A program made the position numbers and the translations under genes. Under the pieces are notes generated by a model. It worked only from the letters and a program-made list of their open reading frames with translations. It did no database searches and was not told where the DNA came from. 38,660 bases of DNA from Candidatus Dojkabacteria bacterium (GTDB taxonomy: Bacteria; Patescibacteriota; Dojkabacteria; SC72; JAHDCA01), in the NCBI GenBank assembly GCA_030583845.1, contig CP129478.1, positions 473,175 to 511,834 of the forward strand, read 5' to 3'. Positions 14,510-25,158 of the stretch are shown one piece after another; the first letter of the stretch is position 1; each line of letters opens with the position of its first letter.

Positions 14510-17332
14510 CTATACAACTGCAACACCTAATATTTGCTCAAAAACTTCTTTGCCTAAGTGCTGAACCAACCAGTGATCCTTCTTAATCGTGACAGGGTCA
14601 CAGATCGTATGATCATATTTCTCTCTGTATTCATTTATCCCCAGCGCCACTATTGTGAATAGCGCAAAATCATTTACAGCACTACTCCCAAAGTATCCAC
14701 TAATAAGTTTAGAAATGACTACTGATTTTAAATCTCCTATTATCTTTAATATGAAACTTCGTGGATTGCGATGATACAATTTATGGAGATCTTCGTAACC
14801 TTGCCCACCCCAAGCAAGACTCCTCATATTTTTTAAATGATCTAGGAGTAGACTTTCGTCTCGAATTTTGTACGGGTCGTTGCTGCGAAGAGAATTTTGA
14901 ATATCATTCACCAATACATTTATGCGTACTGGATTACCTGTACTATTATAGTAGGTATCTATTGCGGTATCGAAGTCAGTAAGCGACTTAGCCGGGAGAT
15001 ACCTTCGAATCTTTCCATTGCACAGACCGATTAAATTCTCTAGCCCAAGGAAAATTATCGTATTTAAGATGATGACATTTTTTCTAAGATCTAGATTGTC
15101 TGCATCTGGATCATCTGGATCTAGTTCTCCAGTATACGGGTTTCTCCCCAATATCTCCCGGAAGGATGTTATGTCAAACAAAGATTCACACAATCTTGAA
15201 AGAAGTAGAAGCTCTGGATAATGGCTGTATTCTTCTGGCAATCGCTCCATTTGGAACCCAACAGTCTCGTAATATCTCAGGAGTTCCTCAAGTATATACT
15301 TGGAATGATCAGCCGTAACTCTCCCTACCGGTTGTCCCAGTATTCGGCCGGTTCCTGCTACTCTAATTGCCTCCTTAAGTCCTCTTTCAATCATAGCTCT
15401 AGTGGGCGGCTCGATATGTCGAATCGCAATTTGACCAAATTCATTATTTACAACCGCACCTAGATTCGGATAATCAGCCCTGCACTCGCCAAAGAGTTTA
15501 AACAAGGTTCCTGGGGTACCGTACTCTCCATCCTCTCTATCTGAGTCCGAGCCTGATTTCCCTTCCATAAGGCCATGAAGGGCGATTATTAGATCCGCTA
15601 AGGTTTTAAACGATGTACTACTTGGAGTAGCGTCTACACGCCATGGCTTCCCAAGGTATATTATCGTCCTTGTATCAGTCTGTCTGATGTGCCTCGCAGT
15701 TTTGTTCTCTTGCCCTCGCAGCTGACTTTCAGGGGTGACGATTTGTGCCTCGATTGGTATATTCTTCCTAAATCTGAGCTCAATCTTTTCATTATCATCG
15801 GTGAGAACTGTAAGTGGCGTCATGCAGAAAGCGCATAAGAAATTTGCTCCAATGAACCTGGCTACCTGAGAGTTTTCATCGTGTACACCTATTTTCGAGA
15901 CGACATGACCCAGTCTACGTTGGTACAAATATTGATCCAACGAAGCTTCTGCACTGCTAGAGAGAGCTCCACTATAGCGAAATCTAATCCCAAATCTATC
16001 ATAATCATATGATGATTCTCCAATTATGGTCACGGCATTTAATATGGTTTCTCGAGTCACCGTATTTACAAGTCCAAGCGCCATTGCAAAGTGGGGGTGT
16101 ATTGTTCCACCACACAACTGTCGCAATTCACTTATGTGTAATTTCTTATGAGAAGGGATCTTCTCTATTCCCTCCATTATATTAAGCAAGTTATGGAAGC
16201 ATGTCGTCCGTCCAAACTTACCAAGCAACGTAGGCTGCATGCTGGTGAACAACTCTAGTCTTTCGTTAATCCGGGTCCAAATATCTCGGTCAAGTGGAAG
16301 CTCAAAATTACTATAACCTAAGCTGGAGAGAATTGGAGGCAGCTTTCTACGGGAATCTACGACTCTGTTAAAAGGTCCGACTAAATACTCAAGCGACAGC
16401 TCCTTAAGCCCTTGAGTCTGACTAATCCAGTAAGCCATCCTCCTCTTTTTCATGGTTTCCTTAGATGGGCTTAATGCTGCTACCCTGGATCCGAGAAATG
16501 CGAAAGAAGCCTCAGGCTCAGTGCTACTATCATTTGATAGGAGCGACGATGCATGCCTTGCTATCATCAAAGATAGCTCAGCCACAGTTAGCGTAGAGAT
16601 ATATCTCTTCGCAGCTGAGCCAAGGTTTGGTTCGAAGAACTTTTCAACTAACGAAGATCTGTATTCCTGATATTTTTCTGGATTTATTGCTGCCTCCGAG
16701 GCAGTGTAGATGATTGCGGAGATATCTCCCAACCTTCCATAGCAGATTGGGGCAAGAATATCTCTTCCAACAGACATTGCCATAACCCTTTCTTCTGCAG
16801 TGGTATCTGAGTTTTCCGAGCAAACCAGTCTCCTCTCAAGTCGTTTCAGATAGATGGCAGCTGGAGCAGCAATGCAGAAGATTGCCATCATTACTTCGTT
16901 CATTCTCTTCCTGTGACTCCGCTCCTGATCGATTAAGACTCCGTTTATTAGTCCGAGAAGTTCTTTAGGATCTTCGAGATTAGCGGTTCCTTCCACTAGT
17001 AAATCAATCAAGGTTGGGATGTCGTATGAGAGGTGTAGCTGTTCAAGGTACTGTATTTCGGTTGGCTTTGGTACAAGTAGTGAATCGCTATTGGAGCCAA
17101 GAACAAATTGTAGTAGTTGTGCACCTTGTGTTAAATAGAAGTCCACAAGCTCTTTTGGGAAACCGACAGTTGTAGTGAAGTAGTCATAATAAGTAGTATC
17201 CTGCGGAGCATGGTGGGAAAGATAGCCAGGGTATTCAATAGCCAGGGCGCGACAATCATTCAGAATTTCTTCGACTTCAAAGCATTCCTTATTACCAAGA
17301 GCTTCTCTCGGTTGATGGCTTGATGTGTCCAC
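14510..17332 (-). CDS. Large hypothetical cytoplasmic protein (940 aa); no recognisable family
   Basis: Uninterrupted 2.8-kb ORF with a GTG start, no TM or signal sequence, and no motif I can name. Confidence 0.8.
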   Translation of the reverse strand: MDTSSHQPREALGNKECFEVEEILNDCRALAIEYPGYLSHHAPQDTTYYDYFTTTVGFPKELVDFYLTQGAQLLQFVLGSNSDSLLVPKPTEIQYLEQLHLSYDIPTLIDLLVEGTANLEDPKELLGLINGVLIDQERSHRKRMNEVMMAIFCIAAPAAIYLKRLERRLVCSENSDTTAEERVMAMSVGRDILAPICYGRLGDISAIIYTASEAAINPEKYQEYRSSLVEKFFEPNLGSAAKRYISTLTVAELSLMIARHASSLLSNDSSTEPEASFAFLGSRVAALSPSKETMKKRRMAYWISQTQGLKELSLEYLVGPFNRVVDSRRKLPPILSSLGYSNFELPLDRDIWTRINERLELFTSMQPTLLGKFGRTTCFHNLLNIMEGIEKIPSHKKLHISELRQLCGGTIHPHFAMALGLVNTVTRETILNAVTIIGESSYDYDRFGIRFRYSGALSSSAEASLDQYLYQRRLGHVVSKIGVHDENSQVARFIGANFLCAFCMTPLTVLTDDNEKIELRFRKNIPIEAQIVTPESQLRGQENKTARHIRQTDTRTIIYLGKPWRVDATPSSTSFKTLADLIIALHGLMEGKSGSDSDREDGEYGTPGTLFKLFGECRADYPNLGAVVNNEFGQIAIRHIEPPTRAMIERGLKEAIRVAGTGRILGQPVGRVTADHSKYILEELLRYYETVGFQMERLPEEYSHYPELLLLSRLCESLFDITSFREILGRNPYTGELDPDDPDADNLDLRKNVIILNTIIFLGLENLIGLCNGKIRRYLPAKSLTDFDTAIDTYYNSTGNPVRINVLVNDIQNSLRSNDPYKIRDESLLLDHLKNMRSLAWGGQGYEDLHKLYHRNPRSFILKIIGDLKSVVISKLISGYFGSSAVNDFALFTIVALGINEYREKYDHTICDPVTIKKDHWLVQHLGKEVFEQILGVAVV

Positions 17333-17611
17333 TCGATTTTCAGTTACATTATTATTTCACCTCTCAATACGAGCTATCAATACATTACGAAATGAGTACA
17401 GGTAAGGCTTTGGGAGATTTGAGATTATACTACAGGCCTTGTAAAATATCACCATTTTACTCAGGATAGGCTAGGTTGACTATGTAACAGTCAACTATTC
17501 CAATTTTCTCCAAATATGCGATAATTAAGGCGTTACTGGAACAGGAAGCTTAGTTTGACAACAAACAGTGACTTTGTGAAAGATAACGCCTTTAATTTTT
17601 TATCTAATCCA

Positions 17612-17914
17612 ATGGATAACAACAAGATTTTCATAGGCAATGTCGCCTATGCAACTGCAATGGAGACATTGTTGGAAGTCTTCTCCAAGTATGGCCAGAT
17701 TGTAGAGTCATACAAGCCAGAGGGTAAGGGCTTTGCCTTTATTACCTTTGATTCTCCAGAGGCTGCTCAAAAAGCAATCGAAGAGATGAATGGCCAGGAG
17801 GTTGACGGTCGAGCACTTGTGGTAAACATCGCAAGACCTCGAGAGGAGAGACCTCGAAACTCATACGGTAACCGAGGTGGTTACGGTGGTGGTCGAGACA
17901 ACAATAGGTACTAA
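17612..17914 (+). CDS. RRM-type (RNP-1/RNP-2) RNA-binding protein with a Gly/Arg-rich tail
   Basis: RNP-2 KIFIGNV and RNP-1 KGFAFITF, ending in RNSYGNRGGYGGGRDNNRY. The track ORF starts at a TTG at 17555. I prefer the ATG at 17612 (MDNNKIFIGN) because RRM proteins begin just before RNP-2. Confidence 0.8.
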   Translation: MDNNKIFIGNVAYATAMETLLEVFSKYGQIVESYKPEGKGFAFITFDSPEAAQKAIEEMNGQEVDGRALVVNIARPREERPRNSYGNRGGYGGGRDNNRY

Positions 17915-17935
17915 GCCTAGTTTTTGTTGAGATTG

Positions 17936-17977
17936 ATTCCCCTGCGACGGCATCGCCCGAGCAGGGGAATTGTTTTT
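17936..17977 (+). terminator. Rho-independent terminator of the RRM-protein gene
   Basis: A 10-bp stem ATTCCCCTGC (17936-17945) / GCAGGGGAAT (17961-17970), followed by TGTTTTT. Confidence 0.6.
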
Positions 17978-18000
17978 AACGACAGGGCGACAGACCGGCA

Positions 18001-18031
18001 CCCAAGTCGCACTTATAAAGTGCGACTTGGG
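18001..18031. other. Perfect 13-bp inverted repeat (hairpin) in a GC-rich intergenic region
   Basis: CCCAAGTCGCACT-TATAA-AGTGCGACTTGGG. No T-run follows on either strand, so it is not a classic terminator. Confidence 0.5.
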
Positions 18032-18205
18032 AAGGGCGGAGTCAGTTTCACACGCGACCCGATTTACAAAGATACACTTTGGGGTCACAGTTGAATGTAG
18101 CTCGCAGAGAGTTCAGTTATCTGCTATTTTGTGAAACCCCGTGAGATGGACAGATTTAAGTGGCCCATTCTTTATGACCGCAAAATCAAACTAAGAGTCA
18201 TCAAA

Positions 18206-19291
18206 CTAAAAGTCGTCGAACGAAATGCTTTCATCCTGTACAATCCTCTTCGCCACTTCTGGGCTGACAGTACCGCCCTTCGGATTGCGCAATCTCAAGT
18301 GAATGTAATGAATGAAGTTGAGCGTTATAACTACAGTTGGAATTATCAATAGCATCCCGATCATCCCCGCGAAAGCACCACCAATAGGGACGAGCAGCAT
18401 CACCTGCCAATTTCGTAGCTTTGTCTTCCCTCCAATTATATTTGGCGCGAGCAGGTTGCCCTCGACAAACTGGATAATTGCTGCAGCGATCGATACAAGC
18501 ACCACTGTCTCCCATCCTTGTGCAAACGCCACGATCAGCGAGATGAAGTAAAGTATCCACGGTCCATAAATCGGGATAAATTCTAGAAACAGCCCGAGCA
18601 CCCCAAGCGCCAACGCATATGGCATACCAATCAATGAATAGAGCAGGAAGGTCATGCTGCCAACTACAAAGCCGAGCTTTGCCTCGCCGATCAGATACCG
18701 TCTAATCGTGCGATCGGTCAGATAGTACAAAGCCTTTCCATCCTCTTTCAGATTTGACGGCAGCAATCTGAGTGCGCCAGCTGAGATCGATTTAGGGTCA
18801 TACAATAGGTAGAACATCCAAAATGGTAGGAGGAATAGTGCGACAAGTAGCTCAGAAGCACCTGAGAGCAGGTTGGACAATATATAGACATTGTTGTCCA
18901 AGGTAAGGGTAAGCAGGTTGCCACTTTCAGGGAGAAGCTCTCCAAGTTCCTCAAATATGACCGATGTCCCTACAAGCTCTAAGATACCTTTAATCTGAGT
19001 TATCAGTATGTGTCCGAACCCAAATGCCAGTGCAAAGAACAGAGCGTACAAGGTTACAATGTATAGCAGGATGGAAGTAACCTTTGATGCTTTTAATGGG
19101 AGGCCAGTCCGCGAGAGTTCAGAAGTTGCTCTTGTGACCAAATTGGTGCCAAGGTAAGCGAAAAGTGTCCCAAGTGCGAAATACCAGATAGAGTCTCGGG
19201 CAAAGTAGAGCATGAAAATTATTACTAACCAGAAAAATGCGTAAAGTGAGTAGTTTGCTATTGTGCGGCCGTTCACGGCTGTTTTTCCCAT
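18206..19291 (-). CDS. AI-2E family transporter (PerM/UPF0118-type permease)
   Basis: A multi-TM protein with the characteristic C-terminal region FLEFIPIYGPWILYFISLIVAFAQGW...IQFVEGNLLAPNIIGGKTKL. The track ORF extends to a GTG at 19339. I prefer the ATG at 19291 (MGKTAVNG) because the extension overlaps the gdhA promoter region. Confidence 0.8.
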   Translation of the reverse strand: MGKTAVNGRTIANYSLYAFFWLVIIFMLYFARDSIWYFALGTLFAYLGTNLVTRATSELSRTGLPLKASKVTSILLYIVTLYALFFALAFGFGHILITQIKGILELVGTSVIFEELGELLPESGNLLTLTLDNNVYILSNLLSGASELLVALFLLPFWMFYLLYDPKSISAGALRLLPSNLKEDGKALYYLTDRTIRRYLIGEAKLGFVVGSMTFLLYSLIGMPYALALGVLGLFLEFIPIYGPWILYFISLIVAFAQGWETVVLVSIAAAIIQFVEGNLLAPNIIGGKTKLRNWQVMLLVPIGGAFAGMIGMLLIIPTVVITLNFIHYIHLRLRNPKGGTVSPEVAKRIVQDESISFDDF

Positions 19292-19315
19292 AGTCACTGA
19301 AATTATACACCATAG

Positions 19316-21337
<2,022 letters not shown>

Positions 21338-21338
<1 letters not shown>

Positions 21339-21748
21339 TAGGCAGCATCTTCTTTGTATATATTAAGCGCCAGCGCAATTATCGCTAGGTTCTTAATAAT
21401 ATACTGTCCTGCCAGAGTCGGCACAAGGAAGCCACTCCATGTTACTCCTGGAAGTAGTATCAATGGCAACATTGTCACCACCATATGTAGTAGTAAGGCC
21501 ACGACCGCAAGCTTTGTCGCTCGCGGCACGAGGAACATGATTCCGATAATAATCTCGATAAGCCCAAGGATTGGGTAAAAACTGTTAAATGGGATGAATG
21601 GAAGCATCATATTGTGCATCTGCTCGACAAGCTCTATCGCCGGGCTAAGCTGCAAGATTTTTAGCAGCCCGAACCAAGCATATATCACAAAGATACTTAC
21701 TCTTGAAAAGCTGTTAACAAAGCTTGAAAAACTTGAGCTAATTTTCAC
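21338..21748 (-). CDS. Small four-TM membrane protein (DoxX-like by appearance)
   Basis: A 136-aa ORF consisting mostly of hydrophobic helices. It overlaps the downstream gene by one base. Confidence 0.65.
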
Positions 21749-21901
21749 GATTTAATGAAGATAAAATTAAAAGAATTCTAAATATCTAATGATACCGAAT
21801 TCCCAGTCTTCATTAAATGATCGTACAACCCACCCACACGATTGCATATACCCAATAATATTTCACAAAAGGCCTTGGATAAGCTATACTTCCTTTCAGT
21901 T

Positions 21902-22237
21902 ATGGCAACAGCTAGCAAGGCAAAAAAGGAAAACGATAAGAAGATTTTGACCAAAGAAGAGGTCTTGCACCTTGCCCACCTAGTCAGGCTTGAGCTCACA
22001 GATGAAGAAGTCGAGAAGCTCCAGGTACAGCTTTCTGAGACGATCGACTTTATCGACAACCTCAACGAATTAGACACATCCAATGTTAAAGAAACCTCGC
22101 ATGCGGTTTCGGTGCAGAACGTCACATTTGAAGATGGCGCCGCTCCAGATCGCACTTTCACCCAAGAGGAAGCACTTAAAAACGCACCGAAGAAAAAGAA
22201 CGGATTTTTCGTTGTCTCTAAAATCTTAAACAAATAG
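21902..22237 (+). CDS. gatC: Asp-tRNA(Asn)/Glu-tRNA(Gln) amidotransferase subunit C
   Basis: LTKEEVLHLAHLVRLELTDEEVEKLQVQLSETIDFIDNLNELDTSNV is a typical GatC sequence. It lies directly upstream of gatA. The start is taken at the ATG at 21902; the track ORF begins at 21842. Confidence 0.85.
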   Translation: MATASKAKKENDKKILTKEEVLHLAHLVRLELTDEEVEKLQVQLSETIDFIDNLNELDTSNVKETSHAVSVQNVTFEDGAAPDRTFTQEEALKNAPKKKNGFFVVSKILNK

Positions 22238-22238
22238 C

Positions 22239-23627
22239 TTGGACATTCACGGCAAGTCGCTCACACAACTAAAGAAGGCTATTGATTCAAAAGAGATCTC
22301 ACCATCTGAGCTTCGTGAATATTTCATGAAACGAATCGAGAAGCACAACCCCGACCTCAACATCTATCTCACGCTTAATGAAGACCAGTCGTTCACGGAA
22401 GGTGGTCCGCTTTCAGGCCTAACAATCGCAATCAAAGATAACTTCAGCACGAAGAATCTCCGCACTACAGCGGCATCCAAAGTGCTCGAGCAGTTCATCC
22501 CCCCATATGACTCAACAGTCGCAAGAAGATTAAAAGAGGCAGGTGTAGATATTCTAGGTAAGACAAATATGGATGCATGGGCTCACGGCTCATCGGGGGA
22601 AACATCAGCCTACGGTCCGACAAAGAACCCATGGAATACAGATTATGCACCTGGCGGCTCTTCATCCGGCTCTGCAGCGGCAGTAGCTTCATACCTAGCT
22701 CCTGCAGCTATTGGATCTGAAACAGCCGGCTCGATCAGAATCCCAGCGTCATGGAGCGGAGTAATAGGTCTCAAGCCGACATATGGTCGAGTCTCTAGAT
22801 ATGGAGTGGCAGCAATGGGCTCATCACTCGATTCGCCTGGTCCGCTTACCACTACAGTTGAAGATGCAGCGCTCCTGCTCTCGGTGATTGCAGGCAAAGA
22901 TCCTTATGATGGCACCTCGCTCGATGCTCCAACCGATGACTACACTACAGAGATGAAAAATGGTAAGAAATTTACAATCGGCGTACCAAAAGCCTACTTC
23001 GAAGGTGCTACAGACGATGTCAAAACAGCAATTGAAGCATCGATCAAGACACTCGAGAAGATGGGGCACAAAGTTAAGGATATTGACCTGATGTCACCCG
23101 ATTACGCGATCTCAATCTATACAATAATCCAGCGCGCGGAGGTATCTTCAAACTTGGCAGGATTCCATGGTGTCAGATACGACTCAGGTCGAGACAAGAT
23201 GGGTATGGAGGCAAAGAAGAGAATAATGCTTGGTGCCTATACGCTTGCACATGGTTATTATGATGCTTTCTATAAGAAAGCGCTAAAAGTGAGGACGCTG
23301 CTTGTCGAAGATTTCAAACGAGCATTTACAGAAGTAGACCTGATCGCTGGGCCAGTTGCGCCAATTACAGCAATTAAGCTTGGCGAGTTCGAGCAGTACC
23401 CATTTTTCGGTGAACTGATGGATAAATTGAATGAGCCTTCATCAATCGCAGGGCTTCCAGCAGTGAGCTTGCCGGTTGGTGTTGATAGCAAGGGGCTGCC
23501 AATTGGCTTGCAGCTAATTGCGAACTATATCCGTGAATCAGATCTATTGGACATTTCATACCAGTATGAGCAAGAGACTGACTTTAACGGTGTAATTAAA
23601 CAGGGATTAGATAAGTGGAAAGATTAA
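22239..23627 (+). CDS. gatA: Glutamyl-tRNA(Gln) amidotransferase subunit A
   Basis: Amidase signature GGSSSGSAAAVA with the catalytic context KDNF...T. TTG start 1 nt after the gatC stop. Confidence 0.93.
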   Translation: MDIHGKSLTQLKKAIDSKEISPSELREYFMKRIEKHNPDLNIYLTLNEDQSFTEGGPLSGLTIAIKDNFSTKNLRTTAASKVLEQFIPPYDSTVARRLKEAGVDILGKTNMDAWAHGSSGETSAYGPTKNPWNTDYAPGGSSSGSAAAVASYLAPAAIGSETAGSIRIPASWSGVIGLKPTYGRVSRYGVAAMGSSLDSPGPLTTTVEDAALLLSVIAGKDPYDGTSLDAPTDDYTTEMKNGKKFTIGVPKAYFEGATDDVKTAIEASIKTLEKMGHKVKDIDLMSPDYAISIYTIIQRAEVSSNLAGFHGVRYDSGRDKMGMEAKKRIMLGAYTLAHGYYDAFYKKALKVRTLLVEDFKRAFTEVDLIAGPVAPITAIKLGEFEQYPFFGELMDKLNEPSSIAGLPAVSLPVGVDSKGLPIGLQLIANYIRESDLLDISYQYEQETDFNGVIKQGLDKWKD

Positions 23628-24980
23628 ATGGCAGATAACGCAAATCCAAAATATAAGACGATCGTCGGACTTGAGATACATGTCGAGCTCAACACGAAGT
23701 CGAAGATGTTCTGTCAGTGTCCAGCTGATTACTTCGGCAAAGATCCGAATACTCATGTGTGCCCAGTCTGTCTCGCCATGCCAGGCGGGCTACCAGTACC
23801 AAATAAAGAGGCTATCAGGCGAACGATCCTCCTCGGGCAGGCACTAAATTGCCACATCAATAACGAGTTCAAGTTTGACCGTAAGCATTACACATACCCA
23901 GACCTGCCAAAGGGCTATCAGATATCGCAGTATGACCAACCGATCGCGGAGCATGGTACCGTACCGATCAAGACAGAGAGTGGTGTGAAAGAGTTTAGAA
24001 TCAAGCGTGTACACCTTGAAGAAGATACTGGGAAATTAACACACGAAGGTGAGGAGTCGTTAATCGACTTTAATCGTGGCGGGGTGCCACTTGTTGAGAT
24101 CGTGACGGAGCCAGATTTTGACAATGGTGAGGATGTGAAAGCATTTTTGGAAGAGCTGCAGGTGATCGTCCGCTATTTGGGGATTGCCAATGCAGATATG
24201 GAGAAGGGTGATATGCGTCTCGAGCCAAATATCTCGGTGCAGCTCGCAGAGAAATATCCAGAGCTACCTCCGTACAAAGTCGAAGTGAAAAATATCAACT
24301 CTTTCAGGTTTGTGAAAAAAGCAATTGAATTTGAGACTGCAAGGCATATTGAGATACTTGAAGAAGGAAGTACTCCACAGCAGGAAACTCGAGGATATGA
24401 TTCTGCCACTGGTACAACTGTAACCCAGCGTGTAAAAGAAGAGGCAGCAGATTATAGGTATTTCCCAGACCCGGATATCCCGACATTTGTGTATACCGAT
24501 GAGCAGCTAGATGAAATTCGTGCTGAAATGCCAGAGATGCCTTTTGCCAAAGTTGAGCGATATATAAATGAATTTGGTGTGAGAGAGAGTGATGCTCAGA
24601 TTATTACACGAGATCGTGGGCAGGCGGAGAAGTTTGAGGCTGTTGTTACAGAATATGCGAAGAAGGTTGGTATATCTGAAAATGAGGCCGGTGCGCTTGT
24701 CGCGAAGCTTATGGTAAATAAGAAGGTGGATTGGGAGGAAGAAGTAGGTGTGATCGTTGAAGTTATAGCAAAGCAGTCAAAGCCTGTTGAGACAGATAGT
24801 GGGAAGTTGGCAGAGGTGGTTGATGCAGTCATAGCCGCAAATGAGAAGGCAGTGCAGGATTATAAATCTGGCAGCAATCCTAATTCGATCATGTTCTTGG
24901 TCGGTCAAGTGATGCGTGAGATGAAGGGTCAGGCAGATGCTGCGACGGTTAAAGAGGCACTACTCAATAAGCTGGACTAA
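23628..24980 (+). CDS. gatB: Asp-tRNA(Asn)/Glu-tRNA(Gln) amidotransferase subunit B
   Basis: The N-terminus YKTIVGLEIHVELNTKSKMFC, followed by PGGLPVPNK and KHYTYPDLPKGYQISQ. The ATG abuts the gatA stop. Confidence 0.95.
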   Translation: MADNANPKYKTIVGLEIHVELNTKSKMFCQCPADYFGKDPNTHVCPVCLAMPGGLPVPNKEAIRRTILLGQALNCHINNEFKFDRKHYTYPDLPKGYQISQYDQPIAEHGTVPIKTESGVKEFRIKRVHLEEDTGKLTHEGEESLIDFNRGGVPLVEIVTEPDFDNGEDVKAFLEELQVIVRYLGIANADMEKGDMRLEPNISVQLAEKYPELPPYKVEVKNINSFRFVKKAIEFETARHIEILEEGSTPQQETRGYDSATGTTVTQRVKEEAADYRYFPDPDIPTFVYTDEQLDEIRAEMPEMPFAKVERYINEFGVRESDAQIITRDRGQAEKFEAVVTEYAKKVGISENEAGALVAKLMVNKKVDWEEEVGVIVEVIAKQSKPVETDSGKLAEVVDAVIAANEKAVQDYKSGSNPNSIMFLVGQVMREMKGQADAATVKEALLNKLD

Positions 24981-25158
24981 ACCTCAATAATTTCCAACTA
25001 TATCATTGAATCTTTCTCATTATCCATGCTATCTTATTTGGAGAACATGGGGTATGTTAAAAAGGGAAGATATGGGATCGATAATTTGTTAAAAAGTTGA
25101 TATCAAAGCAGGGTTAATGATTCTCATGTAATAGTTTACTTGTGCTAAGTATCAATTA

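Noticed and set aside
22495-24832. Antisense ORFs inside gatA and gatB (e.g. 22643..22897, 23270..23491, 24173..24409, 24596..24832)
   Set aside because: These are shadow ORFs opposite well-supported genes. The same reasoning applies to the short ORFs opposite the 940-aa gene, gdhA, the permease gene and the three giant genes.
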